From Rhodospirillales bacterium (GTDB lineage: Bacteria > Pseudomonadota > Alphaproteobacteria > Acetobacterales > Acetobacteraceae): DNA of 64,000 nt. The notes beneath the pieces were generated by a model. That model was not told where the DNA came from. It made no database searches and saw nothing but the letters and a program-made list of their open reading frames with translations. Shown here piece by piece: positions 6,627 to 15,609 of this stretch. Each line of letters begins with the position of its first letter. The first letter of the stretch is position 1. Location of the stretch: the NCBI GenBank assembly GCA_028869995.1, contig JAGWQN010000093.1, forward strand, positions 81,336 to 145,335, in the 5' to 3' direction. The translations under genes and the position numbers were made by a program.

Positions 6627-9365
6627 TCACGATAAGTTTTGTTCGGCCAAAAAAGTGCGGGTCGCCGCCACCGCCTCGGCCAGCCCGACACGCTGCGCGG
6701 AAACGGGGAAGGCGGAGAGAAGGCGCGACGGCGTTCGCCGGTCGAGCAGCACGAACACGCCGCGATCGCCCTCCGCGCGGATCAGCCGGCCGAAGGCCTG
6801 CCGCAGGCGCATCCGCGCCACGCGCGCGTCATAGGCCTGCGGATCCCCGCCCGAGAGGTGGATGCGTCGCTCACGATGCAGGATGTCGGGTCGCGCCCAG
6901 GGAACGCGCTCGAAAACAACCAGCCTGAGCGCGCGCCCGGGCACATCGACGCCGTCGCGCATCGCATCGGTTCCGAGGAGGCAGCTCTCCGGCTCGGCGC
7001 GGAACACGTCAACAAGGGTCGCGTTGTCCATCGCATCGACGTGCTGAGCAAAGAGGGGAATGCCCGCCGCCTCCAGCCGTTCGGCGATGCGGGCGTGCAC
7101 CGCGCGAAGTCGCGCGATCGCGGTGAACAGGCCCAGCCCGCCCCCGCCGGCCGCGAGGAACAGTTCGCGATAGGCCGCGGCAACGGCGTCCATCTCCGGC
7201 GCGACGTCGGTCACGACGAAGACGCGCGTCTGACTGCGATAGTCAAAGGCGCTGGGCACCGCCACGCGGATCGCCGGTGAAGGCAGGTGCAGGGCACCGA
7301 CCCGCGCCTCCGCCTCGAGCCAGGCCCCCTCCGCGTCGGCTTCGCCGGCATCCCGCAGCGTTGCCGAGGTCACCACGAGGCCCTGCGCCGGCCGCGCAAG
7401 ACTCATCGCGAACGGGATGGTTGGATCGAGAAAATGGCGTAGCAGTGCCGCGTCTCGTTCCGCACCGTCGCGCCGCTCGAGGCGCAGGAACATGACCAGG
7501 TCCGGCCGCACCCCAGGGGCAGCCGGTTCCGCCTGGACGGCTGCGAGCATATCGATCCAGGCCATGAGTGGCATGATCACCCGCCGCGCCAGGCTCCGGC
7601 ACGCCGCTTCGATGCGGTTGCGCATCGCCGCGTCCAGCGTCTGCGCTTCGTCGTCGAGGCGCTGCTCCAGCAGCTTCGCCAGTTCCGTCGCGGGCGCGGC
7701 GATGCGCGACAGGGCCGTGGCGAACGGTCCGGCAGCCGCCGCGAGCTGGGGCAGCACAGGATGCAGGTCGCACTCCAGCGTCCCCTCCTCGCCCTCCGAA
7801 CGCGCCAGGACCTGCGCCCTGAGCGCGGCCAGGAACGCCTCGCCTGGCCCCGCGGAACCCACGAGGCCGTCCTGCGTCTCCATCCAGTCGCGCGACGGAA
7901 GCGCCCTGGCGGCCCGCAACAGATCGGCAAGGGTCGTCTCCAGGGCCGGCCGGCCAAGGACAAGCTCCTCGATCCGCCGCCGCAATCCCCGCGCGCGCGA
8001 GCGCCCACCCTCGGCGCCGAGCAACCAGCGCCTCAGCTCAGCCGCCTCCTGCGCCGACAGCGTCACCGCAAAGGCGGAGTCGGCGGCATCAAACAAGTGG
8101 TGGCCTTCGTCGAAGACGTAGTGCGTAGGAACCACCTGGTCGTCGAGGCCGCCCCAGACCGCCTGCGCCATGGTCAGCGCGTGGTTGGCAACGACGATAT
8201 CCGCCCCCTGGGCGCGTCGGATGACATGCTCGGGAAAGCAGCGCCGCCAGTGAAAGCAGGCGGCATGGATGCATTCGCCGCGACGGTCGGCCAGGGAGGC
8301 GACACGCCCCGGCCCGAACAGCTCGGCGAACCAGCCCGGCAGATCGCCGCCGGCGATATCGCCATCGGCGGTCGCTCCGATCCAACGCGCGATCAGGCCG
8401 AGCGCCGCATCCGCGCCGCCGCCCGCCACCGCCTCTTCGTAGTTCAGCAGGCAGAGATAGTTTTCGCGGCCCTTGCGCACGACCACCCGGGCGCGCCGCC
8501 GCATCGGCTCCTGGTAGAATCGGGCCAGCTCTGCCTCGACCTGGCGCTGCAAATGCCGCGTGTACGTGGAAACCCAGACCGGCGCGCCGTTGGTCTCGGC
8601 CCACAACGTCGCCGGCGCGATATAGCCCAGCGTCTTGCCCGTTCCGGTACCCGCCTCGGCCAGCACGAGATGCGGATCGCCCCGCGCCTCCCGCCGGGCG
8701 AAGGCAGCGCTCACGGCGGCGGCGTAGTCGGCCTGCATCGGCCGTGGCTCCGCGCTCTCGCCAAGTATCTGGGCGAGCCTGGCTCGCGCGGCCTCGGGCA
8801 TGACGGCATGCGCCGAAGGGGGTGGCCGAGGGGCCGTTTCCTCCCATTCGGCGAGCCGCTTCCAGACGCGCAACGCATCGGGGCCCGGTTCCGCCGGTGC
8901 CCCGAGAGCCGAGAGGACGGCCGCGCCCCAGCCCCAGCCGGACGCCGCCATGCTCGCGGCGATCGCCCCCGCGCAGCGCCCGGCCTCCGTGCCGCGTAGC
9001 GCTGCGAGACGCCCGAGCAGCAGCTGAGCCATGTCGGCAAGCATCGCCGCAGCGGCCTCCAGCCCCTCGGGCGGTTCGAACCCGAGCGCCAGCGCCAGCC
9101 CGCGCGGTGTCGGCGCCACCGGCCGTGCCGGGTGAACGAACGCAAACAGCTCCAGCAGATCCAGGCAGGCGAAGCCGCGCGAGCCGAGTCGGCGCGCTGT
9201 CGCGGGCGCGTGGACCAGCAGCGGCGGCGCGAGGTCGTGCAGGGCGCGCAGCACCTGGCGCTTATCCAGGATCCGCACCTCACCTTCGGCATCGATCAGC
9301 ACGGCATGACCGGCGCCCGCAACCAGCGCCGGCGGCGCTCCGACCGGAGCCCGAAGGTCATTCAT
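6627..9365 (-). CDS. ATP-dependent DNA helicase, DinG/XPD (Rad3-like, Fe-S) family, with an N-terminal domain of about 250 aa and unknown function
   Basis: Walker A LAEAGTGTGKTLGY. Cys cluster YLCLLNY...GECIHAACFHWRRCF (XPD-type 4Cys). DEGHHL (DEAH-like box). C-terminal helicase_C_2-like region. I prefer the ATG at 9363-9365 (MNDLRAPVG...). The 231-nt upstream extension in the ORF track (to 9596) overlaps the divergent lysK coding region and reads like non-coding translation. Confidence 0.85.
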   Translation of the reverse strand: MNDLRAPVGAPPALVAGAGHAVLIDAEGEVRILDKRQVLRALHDLAPPLLVHAPATARRLGSRGFACLDLLELFAFVHPARPVAPTPRGLALALGFEPPEGLEAAAAMLADMAQLLLGRLAALRGTEAGRCAGAIAASMAASGWGWGAAVLSALGAPAEPGPDALRVWKRLAEWEETAPRPPPSAHAVMPEAARARLAQILGESAEPRPMQADYAAAVSAAFARREARGDPHLVLAEAGTGTGKTLGYIAPATLWAETNGAPVWVSTYTRHLQRQVEAELARFYQEPMRRRARVVVRKGRENYLCLLNYEEAVAGGGADAALGLIARWIGATADGDIAGGDLPGWFAELFGPGRVASLADRRGECIHAACFHWRRCFPEHVIRRAQGADIVVANHALTMAQAVWGGLDDQVVPTHYVFDEGHHLFDAADSAFAVTLSAQEAAELRRWLLGAEGGRSRARGLRRRIEELVLGRPALETTLADLLRAARALPSRDWMETQDGLVGSAGPGEAFLAALRAQVLARSEGEEGTLECDLHPVLPQLAAAAGPFATALSRIAAPATELAKLLEQRLDDEAQTLDAAMRNRIEAACRSLARRVIMPLMAWIDMLAAVQAEPAAPGVRPDLVMFLRLERRDGAERDAALLRHFLDPTIPFAMSLARPAQGLVVTSATLRDAGEADAEGAWLEAEARVGALHLPSPAIRVAVPSAFDYRSQTRVFVVTDVAPEMDAVAAAYRELFLAAGGGGLGLFTAIARLRAVHARIAERLEAAGIPLFAQHVDAMDNATLVDVFRAEPESCLLGTDAMRDGVDVPGRALRLVVFERVPWARPDILHRERRIHLSGGDPQAYDARVARMRLRQAFGRLIRAEGDRGVFVLLDRRTPSRLLSAFPVSAQRVGLAEAVAATRTFLAEQNLS

Positions 9366-9453
9366 ATCGCGACTCTCGCCGCGCCCGGGCGCTCCGCCCA
9401 CCACTGCCGCCACGCATTGACCCCCGCTGGACCGGTCCATAGGTTGCCGCCCC

Positions 9454-11082
9454 ATGTCGCAGGCCCCCCCATCACCGGCCCTTCCATCCTCGGCCGCCTC
9501 CCCCGCTCCGGCCCCAGGCCCGACGGCGCCGTCCCCCGCCTCCTGGCCGTTCGAGGAAGCGCGCAAAGTCGCCGAACGCCTCGCCACGAAGGCCAAGGAC
9601 GAGGCCGTGTTCGAGACCGGTTACGGCCCCTCCGGCCTGCCCCATATCGGCACGTTCGGCGAAGTCGCGCGCACCAGCTGGGTCCGTCATGCCTTCACCC
9701 GGCTGACCGGCCGGAAGTCGCGTCTCATCGCCTTTTCCGACGACATGGACGGGCTGCGCAAGGTGCCCGACAACGTGCCCAACCGCGAGATGCTGGCGCG
9801 CTATCTCGGTCAGCCGCTCACACGCATCCCCGATCCCTTCGGCACTCACGAGAGCTTCGGCGCACACAACAACGCCCGCCTGCGTGCCTTTCTCGATGCG
9901 TTCGGCTTCGAGTACGAATTCGCGTCGTCCACCGACTACTATCGCTCGGGTGTCTTCGACGCGACGCTCAGGCGCGTGCTGGAATGCCACGAGGCGATCC
10001 TGGCTCTGGTTCTGCCCACGCTCGGCCCCGAGCGTCGCGCCACGTATTCGCCGATCCTGCCCATCCATCCGCGCACCGGCATCGTCATGCAGGTGGCGAT
10101 CGAGCGCTGCGACAGCGCGGCCGGCACCGTCATCTGGCGCGACCCGGCTGACGGTTCGGCGATCGAGACGCCGGTCACCGGCGGCGCCTGCAAGCTGCAA
10201 TGGAAGGCTGACTGGGCCATGCGCTGGGCGGCGCTGGGTGTGGACTACGAGATGTCGGGGAAGGATCTGATCGACTCCGTCAAGCTCTCGGGCAGGATCT
10301 GCCGCGCCCTCGGTGCCGAACCGCCCGTCGGCTTCACCTACGAGCTGTTCCTCGATGAGAATGGCCAAAAGATCAGCAAGAGCAAGGGCAACGGCCTGTC
10401 GGTCGAGGAGTGGCTCCGCTACGCGCCGCCGGAGAGCCTGGGGCAGTTCATGTACGCCGCGCCGCAGCGCGCCAAGCGCCTTTACTTCGACGTCATTCCC
10501 CGCGCTACCGACGAATACGTCGCCAACGCGCAGAAGGCGATGGCCACCCCGGATGATCCGGCCAATCCCGCCTGGCACATTCACGCCGGGCATGTGCCGC
10601 CATCCGCCGCGAGCCCGATTCCCTTCGGGATGCTGCTCAACCTGGCGAGCGTGGTGAACGCGGAATCGCCTGACATTCTCTGGGGCTTCATCCGCCGCTA
10701 TGTCCCCGGCGCCAGCCCCGCGGACATGCCCTTCCTCGCCCGGCTCGTCGATTACGCCGTTGCCTATTACCGAGATCGCATCCGCCCGGCGAAGACATTC
10801 CGAAATGCCAACGAGATCGAGCGCGCGGCGCTGACCGATCTCGCCCGCACGCTGGCCGACCTGCCGGCCTCCGAACCCGGCGACGCCATCCAGAACCTGC
10901 TCTACGACGTCGGCAAGCGGCACGCCTTCGCCAATCTGCGCGACTGGTTCGCCTGCCTCTACCAGGTGCTTCTCGGTCAGCAGGAGGGGCCGCGCTTCGG
11001 GCCGTTTGTCGCCCTATACGGGATTGCCGAGACGGTTGCGCTGATCGAAACGGCGCTCGACCGCCCTGCCGCCCAGGGCTGA
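9454..11082 (+). CDS. lysK: Lysine--tRNA ligase, class I
   Basis: [10 protein letters not shown]...[18 protein letters not shown] (HIGH-type motif) and [10 protein letters not shown] (KMSKS motif). Length and order are typical of class-I LysRS. The N-terminus carries a Pro/Ala/Ser-rich stretch of about 30 aa with no internal alternative ATG. Confidence 0.93.
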   Translation: MSQAPPSPALPSSAASPAPAPGPTAPSPASWPFEEARKVAERLATKAKDEAVFETGYGPSGLPHIGTFGEVARTSWVRHAFTRLTGRKSRLIAFSDDMDGLRKVPDNVPNREMLARYLGQPLTRIPDPFGTHESFGAHNNARLRAFLDAFGFEYEFASSTDYYRSGVFDATLRRVLECHEAILALVLPTLGPERRATYSPILPIHPRTGIVMQVAIERCDSAAGTVIWRDPADGSAIETPVTGGACKLQWKADWAMRWAALGVDYEMSGKDLIDSVKLSGRICRALGAEPPVGFTYELFLDENGQKISKSKGNGLSVEEWLRYAPPESLGQFMYAAPQRAKRLYFDVIPRATDEYVANAQKAMATPDDPANPAWHIHAGHVPPSAASPIPFGMLLNLASVVNAESPDILWGFIRRYVPGASPADMPFLARLVDYAVAYYRDRIRPAKTFRNANEIERAALTDLARTLADLPASEPGDAIQNLLYDVGKRHAFANLRDWFACLYQVLLGQQEGPRFGPFVALYGIAETVALIETALDRPAAQG

Positions 11083-11094
11083 CTTAGGCTCGCG

Positions 11095-13092
11095 ATGACT
11101 GCTTCCGCCGGCAGGAGAGGTTTTGGCAAGCGATGGTTGCGCCTGGCGCCGACGCTCCTGGGGCTCGGCCTGCTGGTCGCTGCCTTCTTCGGCGTCCGCC
11201 ACGAGCTGCGCCACCTGCACCCGGGTGATATCCACAAGGCGCTGGCCGCCATTCCGCGGCATACGGTGCTGCTGGCGGCCGGCCTGACCGTCGTCTCCTA
11301 CGCCTTGCTCACCTTCTACGACCGGCTGGCAACGATTTACGCCGGTCGCAAGGTCTCGACCCTGCGCGTCGCGTTCGCCAGCTTCTGCGCCTACGCGCTG
11401 GCCCACAGCCTCGGCGTGCCCGCCTTGTCAGGGGCGGCGGTGCGGCTGCGCCTCTATGCGCTTTGGGGACTGACGCCGGTCCAGATCGGCAAGGTGACGG
11501 CGTTTTGCGGCCTCACCTTCGGCCTCGGCGCACTGGTCCTCGCAGGCATCGTGCTGGTCGGCGAACCATCGACCGTGCCGCTCATCGGCGCCCATTTGCC
11601 CGCCTGGGCGCTGCGCGGCATTGGCGTCGTCTTGTTCGCCATCGTCGTCGCCTATGCGACGCTGGCCCGGACCCTGGGACGGGTGCGCCTCTTCGGCAAC
11701 GATATCGAGCTTCCTGGCCTGCGCATGGCCTTCGCCCAGATCCTCCTCGCCACCGTCGACGTGGCCTTCACGGCCCTGATCTTCTACGTGCTGCTTCCCG
11801 CTGCCCCGGGGCTGACCTACCTGCGTTTCCTCGGCGTCTACCTCGCTGCTTATTCCGCGGGGCTGATCGCCAATGTTCCGGGCGGTCTCGGCGTCTTCGA
11901 CAGCGGGATGCTGCTCGGCCTCGCCCCCTGGCTGAAGGCTCCCTCTGTCGTCGGCGGCCTCCTCATCTTCCGGCTGTACTACTACGTGGTGCCGCTCTTC
12001 CTGGCTGGCGCGATGTTCGCCGGCCACGAGGCCCTGGTTCGCAGCCGCGCCCTTGCCGGGCGCCCCGCCAGCACGGTCGGGGGCGGCTGGATGCAACCCG
12101 ACATGGCGGTGGGTCTGATCGCCGGGCTGGTTGCTCTGGCCTCCGGCCTGCTCCTCTCGCTCGGTGCGCTGGAACACAGCGCTGCCATCGTCAGGCCTGG
12201 CTTCGACATCGCCTCCCTGCTGTTTGGCGCCAGCCAGTTCGCCCCCAGCCTGCTGGGGGCAGCGCTGCTCGTGATCGCCCTGGCTCTCAACCATCGCGTC
12301 CGCCTTGCCTGGCACGCGGCCATCTTGGTTCTGCTCGCGGCGACCGCCCTGACCTGGGCGCAAGGTCAACCCACCTGGATCGTGGTCTGGCTCGGCGCGA
12401 CGGCAGGCGTCGTCGCGCCCTTCGCGCCACTGTTCAACCGTCGGTCCCGTTTGCTCGCAGGCCCCATCGACGCGCCGACCGCGCTGTCGCTGGCCGCGCT
12501 CGCGGTGGGTATCGGCGTGCTCGCCTCCGTCGCGCAACGGGTCCGTGCCCTGGCGCATGCCGGAATCGGGCCTGGCAATGGCAGCTTCTGGGGCATCGTC
12601 GCCTCCGACGACATCCCGCATGGCGTGCGCGCCTCGGTGGCGCTCGCGACGATCATCGCCTTGATTGCCCTCTGGCGCCTGGTGCGCCCCGCCCGCATCC
12701 CGCACGATGCGTGGAACAGCACCACGGCGGACCGCTTCGCGGCGCTCGGCGGTCACGCGCCGGCGGGTGCGGACGGCATCGTCTGGAGCGAGGGGCGGCG
12801 CGCCGCCATCGCGTTCCGCCGCCGCGGGCGGGTGCTGGTTGGCCTCGGCGACCCGAGCGGCGCCGCCGACGACCGCGCGGCCGCGCTGCGGCGGCTGCGT
12901 GACCTCGCCGTCGAGGAAGGCCGCGACCTCGCCGTGCTGCATGCCGGCCGTGAACTGGCGCCGGAATACGGCGAACTCGGCCTGGTTCTTTTGCCGCTCG
13001 ACGGCGATGGTTTTCCAGGCAGCCACCTGGCCTGTGCCGCGGAACGCGACCTCAAGACGCTGTTGCCGCTGCTGCACGAAAGCGAGGCATGA
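11095..13092 (+). CDS. MprF-like (lysylphosphatidylglycerol synthase/flippase family) polytopic membrane protein with only a short C-terminal soluble domain
   Basis: The N-terminal region HELRHLHPGDIHKALAAIP...LLTFYDRLATIYAG resembles the LPG_synthase_TM family. There are many hydrophobic segments up to about aa 535. The last 130 aa (..IAFRRRGRVLVGLGDPSG..) resemble only the first part of the MprF/DUF2156 synthase domain. It starts 12 nt after the lysK stop. Confidence 0.75.
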   Translation: MTASAGRRGFGKRWLRLAPTLLGLGLLVAAFFGVRHELRHLHPGDIHKALAAIPRHTVLLAAGLTVVSYALLTFYDRLATIYAGRKVSTLRVAFASFCAYALAHSLGVPALSGAAVRLRLYALWGLTPVQIGKVTAFCGLTFGLGALVLAGIVLVGEPSTVPLIGAHLPAWALRGIGVVLFAIVVAYATLARTLGRVRLFGNDIELPGLRMAFAQILLATVDVAFTALIFYVLLPAAPGLTYLRFLGVYLAAYSAGLIANVPGGLGVFDSGMLLGLAPWLKAPSVVGGLLIFRLYYYVVPLFLAGAMFAGHEALVRSRALAGRPASTVGGGWMQPDMAVGLIAGLVALASGLLLSLGALEHSAAIVRPGFDIASLLFGASQFAPSLLGAALLVIALALNHRVRLAWHAAILVLLAATALTWAQGQPTWIVVWLGATAGVVAPFAPLFNRRSRLLAGPIDAPTALSLAALAVGIGVLASVAQRVRALAHAGIGPGNGSFWGIVASDDIPHGVRASVALATIIALIALWRLVRPARIPHDAWNSTTADRFAALGGHAPAGADGIVWSEGRRAAIAFRRRGRVLVGLGDPSGAADDRAAALRRLRDLAVEEGRDLAVLHAGRELAPEYGELGLVLLPLDGDGFPGSHLACAAERDLKTLLPLLHESEA

Positions 13093-13132
13093 CGGCAGCG
13101 GGTTGCCTTGCCGCGGATCGGGCAACAACAAA

Positions 13133-13160
13133 AACGCCGCCGGACTGGTCCGGCGGCGTT
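13133..13160. terminator. Bidirectional rho-independent terminator between the convergent mprF-like and cspA genes
   Basis: Perfect 12-bp stem aacgccgccgga / tccggcggcgtt with a 4-nt loop. It is preceded by aacaacaaaa, which gives a T-rich run on the minus strand after the stem, and followed by tgt on the plus strand. Confidence 0.85.
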
Positions 13161-13185
13161 TGTCAGCGTCGGCTATTCGCTGCGA

Positions 13186-13389
13186 TCAGAGCAGCTTGAG
13201 GTTGGTCGCAGCCGCCTTGCCGCGCTCCATGGCGGTGTCATAGGACACCTTCTGCCCCTCGTTCAGGCCACGCAGGCCGGCCGCCTGGACCGCCGTGATG
13301 TGGACGAACACGTCCTTGCCACCATCCTGCGGCATGATGAAGCCGTAACCCTTGGTGGTGTTGAACCACTTAACCGTCCCGGTCGCCAT
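13186..13389 (-). CDS. cspA: Cold-shock protein, CspA family (67 aa)
   Basis: MATGTVKWFNTTKGYGFIMPQDGGKDVFVHITAV contains the RNP1/RNP2 motifs (KGYGFI, VFVHI). I use the ATG at 13387-13389 rather than the longer track ORF. Confidence 0.95.
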   Translation of the reverse strand: MATGTVKWFNTTKGYGFIMPQDGGKDVFVHITAVQAAGLRGLNEGQKVSYDTAMERGKAAATNLKLL

Positions 13390-13532
13390 ATCCGTCACTC
13401 CGTCAGTTTCGCACCGCAACAGCGCGGGGCTGGAAACAACCGTGCCTCTGGTCCCTTGAAGGCACCGGACGAAGTGCCGGGTCGCGCAGCAAGCCGAGCC
13501 AAGATGCGATTGCAACCATAAAATGCCCGCAA

Positions 13533-13559
13533 CTCCGAGCAGATGTCAATTGCTCGGAG
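13533..13559 (-). promoter_or_regulatory. Perfect 9-bp inverted repeat whose loop carries TTGACA; candidate terminator of the upstream amidohydrolase gene and/or cspA promoter or operator
   Basis: ctccgagca (13533-13541) pairs with tgctcggag (13551-13559). On the minus strand the loop reads ATTGACATC. A weak -10 candidate CATTTT lies 18 nt downstream (13520-13525). Confidence 0.4.
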
Positions 13560-13591
13560 AGCCATTCCGCCCGCCTGCGGAACGGCTGCCT

Positions 13592-14830
13592 CTAGAGGGC
13601 CATGCGCACGATCCGCCCGCCCTGCACGATGCCGGGGATATGGCGCTCCGGTTGGGCCAGCGGCGTCACGTCCTCCAAGGGGTTGCATGTCGTCACCAGC
13701 AGGTCCGCGATCGCACCTTCCGCCACCACGCCCAGCCTACCCTCCATGCCAACGAGCTTCGCCGCCTCGGTTGTGGCGGCGGCCAGGATTTCGGCTGCTG
13801 GCAGGACGCGCGCACGGATGGCGAACTCCTCGCTCTGACGGACATGCGTCTCGCCGAGCAGGTCGGTACCGAACGCCATCCGCACCCCGGCGTCGCGCAG
13901 GATCGACAGGCTCGCGAACCCCGCTCCGCGGACGTCCTCGATCTTGGCGATCGAGGCCGGCGGCAGACCTAGCCGCACCCCGTCCGTCGCCAGCGCCTCA
14001 TACGTCACAAGCGTCGGCACGGCGACACACCCGGACTTTGCTGCAAGACCCGCTGTCGGCGCGTCGATGCGGTTGCAGTGTTCGAGGCTGTGCACGCCGG
14101 CCGCGATCGCGCGGGCGATCGCCGGAGAGGTGTAAAGATGCGCGGACACATAGGTGCCCGCGTCAGCCGCCTCCTGCACCGCCGCCGACATTTCGTCTTG
14201 GGAATAACCTTGCCAGGCGATCGGGTCGGTCGGGCTCGCCACACCGCCATTCGCCATGATCTTGATGAACATGGCGCCCTCGCGCAGCTCCTCGCGACAG
14301 GCGCGTCGAACCTCGTCGACGCCATCGGCGACGCGCCCCAGCGCACCGAAATTGCGCCGCCAGCGATGCGGGTCGTGCCAGTCCTGGCGCGGCCTGAGAT
14401 CGACATGCCCGCCGGTCTTGGACAGGGCCTTGCCGCAGACGACCAGCCGCGGACCCTCCGCAAGACCCGCCGCCACGGCCTCCGCGAGCGCCGCCGGCGC
14501 GCCGCCAACATCGCGTACCGTGGTGAAGCCGCGATGCAGCATCCCCCTCATGATCGGCAGCGAGCGCAGCACCGCCGTCGCCTCCGGCAGCTGCGCGTTC
14601 TGGCCGAGATTCATCATCGAGGCGACGACATGCACGTGACAATCGATCAGCCCGGGCATCAGGGTGTGACCCTTGAGATCGACGACGAGGCGATCCGCTG
14701 CCGCGACCGGGCGGGCCGCGAGATCACGGATCGTTCCGTCCTCGACCAGGACGTGGCCCTCGAGCGGGGCGGCACGCGTGGCGTCGACGATGCGGGCGTT
14801 GGCGAAGAGGATCTGTTTCGGTGCGGTCAT
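13592..14830 (-). CDS. Amidohydrolase-superfamily metal-dependent hydrolase
   Basis: The N-terminal ..MPGLIDCHVHV.. HxH metal-binding motif and overall length and pattern fit the amidohydrolase_1 family. The substrate is not inferable. Confidence 0.85.
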   Translation of the reverse strand: MTAPKQILFANARIVDATRAAPLEGHVLVEDGTIRDLAARPVAAADRLVVDLKGHTLMPGLIDCHVHVVASMMNLGQNAQLPEATAVLRSLPIMRGMLHRGFTTVRDVGGAPAALAEAVAAGLAEGPRLVVCGKALSKTGGHVDLRPRQDWHDPHRWRRNFGALGRVADGVDEVRRACREELREGAMFIKIMANGGVASPTDPIAWQGYSQDEMSAAVQEAADAGTYVSAHLYTSPAIARAIAAGVHSLEHCNRIDAPTAGLAAKSGCVAVPTLVTYEALATDGVRLGLPPASIAKIEDVRGAGFASLSILRDAGVRMAFGTDLLGETHVRQSEEFAIRARVLPAAEILAAATTEAAKLVGMEGRLGVVAEGAIADLLVTTCNPLEDVTPLAQPERHIPGIVQGGRIVRMAL

Positions 14831-15015
14831 GCGTTTCCTGTTGTGGATGCGGCCCCTGCGCCGCTCGCCTGGCGCCAGTGCGGCGCCAGACCCAACACCG
14901 GGCCGATCACGGCGACAAGCGGTATCGCAACGCGGGAGCCGGCAGCGGGGTCGGTCATGCGCCCATCAGACGCCGCCCCCGTTGCGTCGGCAACCCCGTG
15001 CCGTCAGAAAGCGCC

Positions 15016-15609
15016 ATGCGCGTCATCGGGCTTACCGGCGGCATCGGCATGGGCAAGTCGGCGGCTGCGGCGATGTTGCGCCGGCTGGGCCTGCCCGTGT
15101 TCGACGCCGATGCCGCGGTGCACCGGCTGCAGGCACCCGGCGGCGCCGCGTTGCCGGCGATCGGCCGGGCCTTCCCCGGCACGGTCCGCGGCGGCCGCCT
15201 CGATCGCGCCGCCCTGCGCGCCGCCGTATTCGGTCATCCCGCCGCGTTGCGCCGCCTCGAGTCCATCCTCCATCCCTTGGTGCGCGCGGCCGAGCGGCGG
15301 TTCATCGCGCGGGCACGCGCGCACGGCCACCGTCTCGTGGTGCTCGATATCCCCTTGCTGTTCGAGACCGGTGGCGAAGATCGCGCCGATATCGTCATCG
15401 TGGTCTCGGCCCCGCCATCGGTGCAACGCCAGCGGGTGCGCGCCCGCGGCCGAAGCGATGCCGAGATCGACGCCATCCTCGCCCGGCAGATGCCGGATGC
15501 CGAGAAGCGGCGCCGTGCTGACCACGTCATCCGCACCGGCCTCTCGCGCCACCACAGCCAACGCCATCTGCGCCGCCTGGTGCAGCATTGGCGCAAGGAG
15601 AAGCCATGA
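15016..15609 (+). CDS. coaE: Dephospho-CoA kinase
   Basis: MRVIGLTGGIGMGKSAAA (P-loop) and VVLDIPLLFETG. The ATG at 15016 is chosen over the longer track ORF. Confidence 0.92.
   Translation: MRVIGLTGGIGMGKSAAAAMLRRLGLPVFDADAAVHRLQAPGGAALPAIGRAFPGTVRGGRLDRAALRAAVFGHPAALRRLESILHPLVRAAERRFIARARAHGHRLVVLDIPLLFETGGEDRADIVIVVSAPPSVQRQRVRARGRSDAEIDAILARQMPDAEKRRRADHVIRTGLSRHHSQRHLRRLVQHWRKEKP

Noticed and set aside
9366-9596. 77-codon N-terminal extension of the helicase ORF given in the track (start at 9596)
   Set aside because: It would overlap the divergent lysK coding start by about 140 nt. It also translates to Gly/Ala/Arg low-complexity sequence. The internal ATG at 9365 precedes sequence that reads like ordinary protein.
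9472-13131. Long minus-strand ORFs 9472-10923 (483 aa) and 11428-13131 (567 aa), and plus-strand out-of-frame ORF 11463-12902 (479 aa)
   Set aside because: They lie antisense to or out of frame with lysK and the MprF-like gene, which have clear motifs and hydrophobic periodicity. Their compositions are Arg/Gly/Asp-rich and motif-free.
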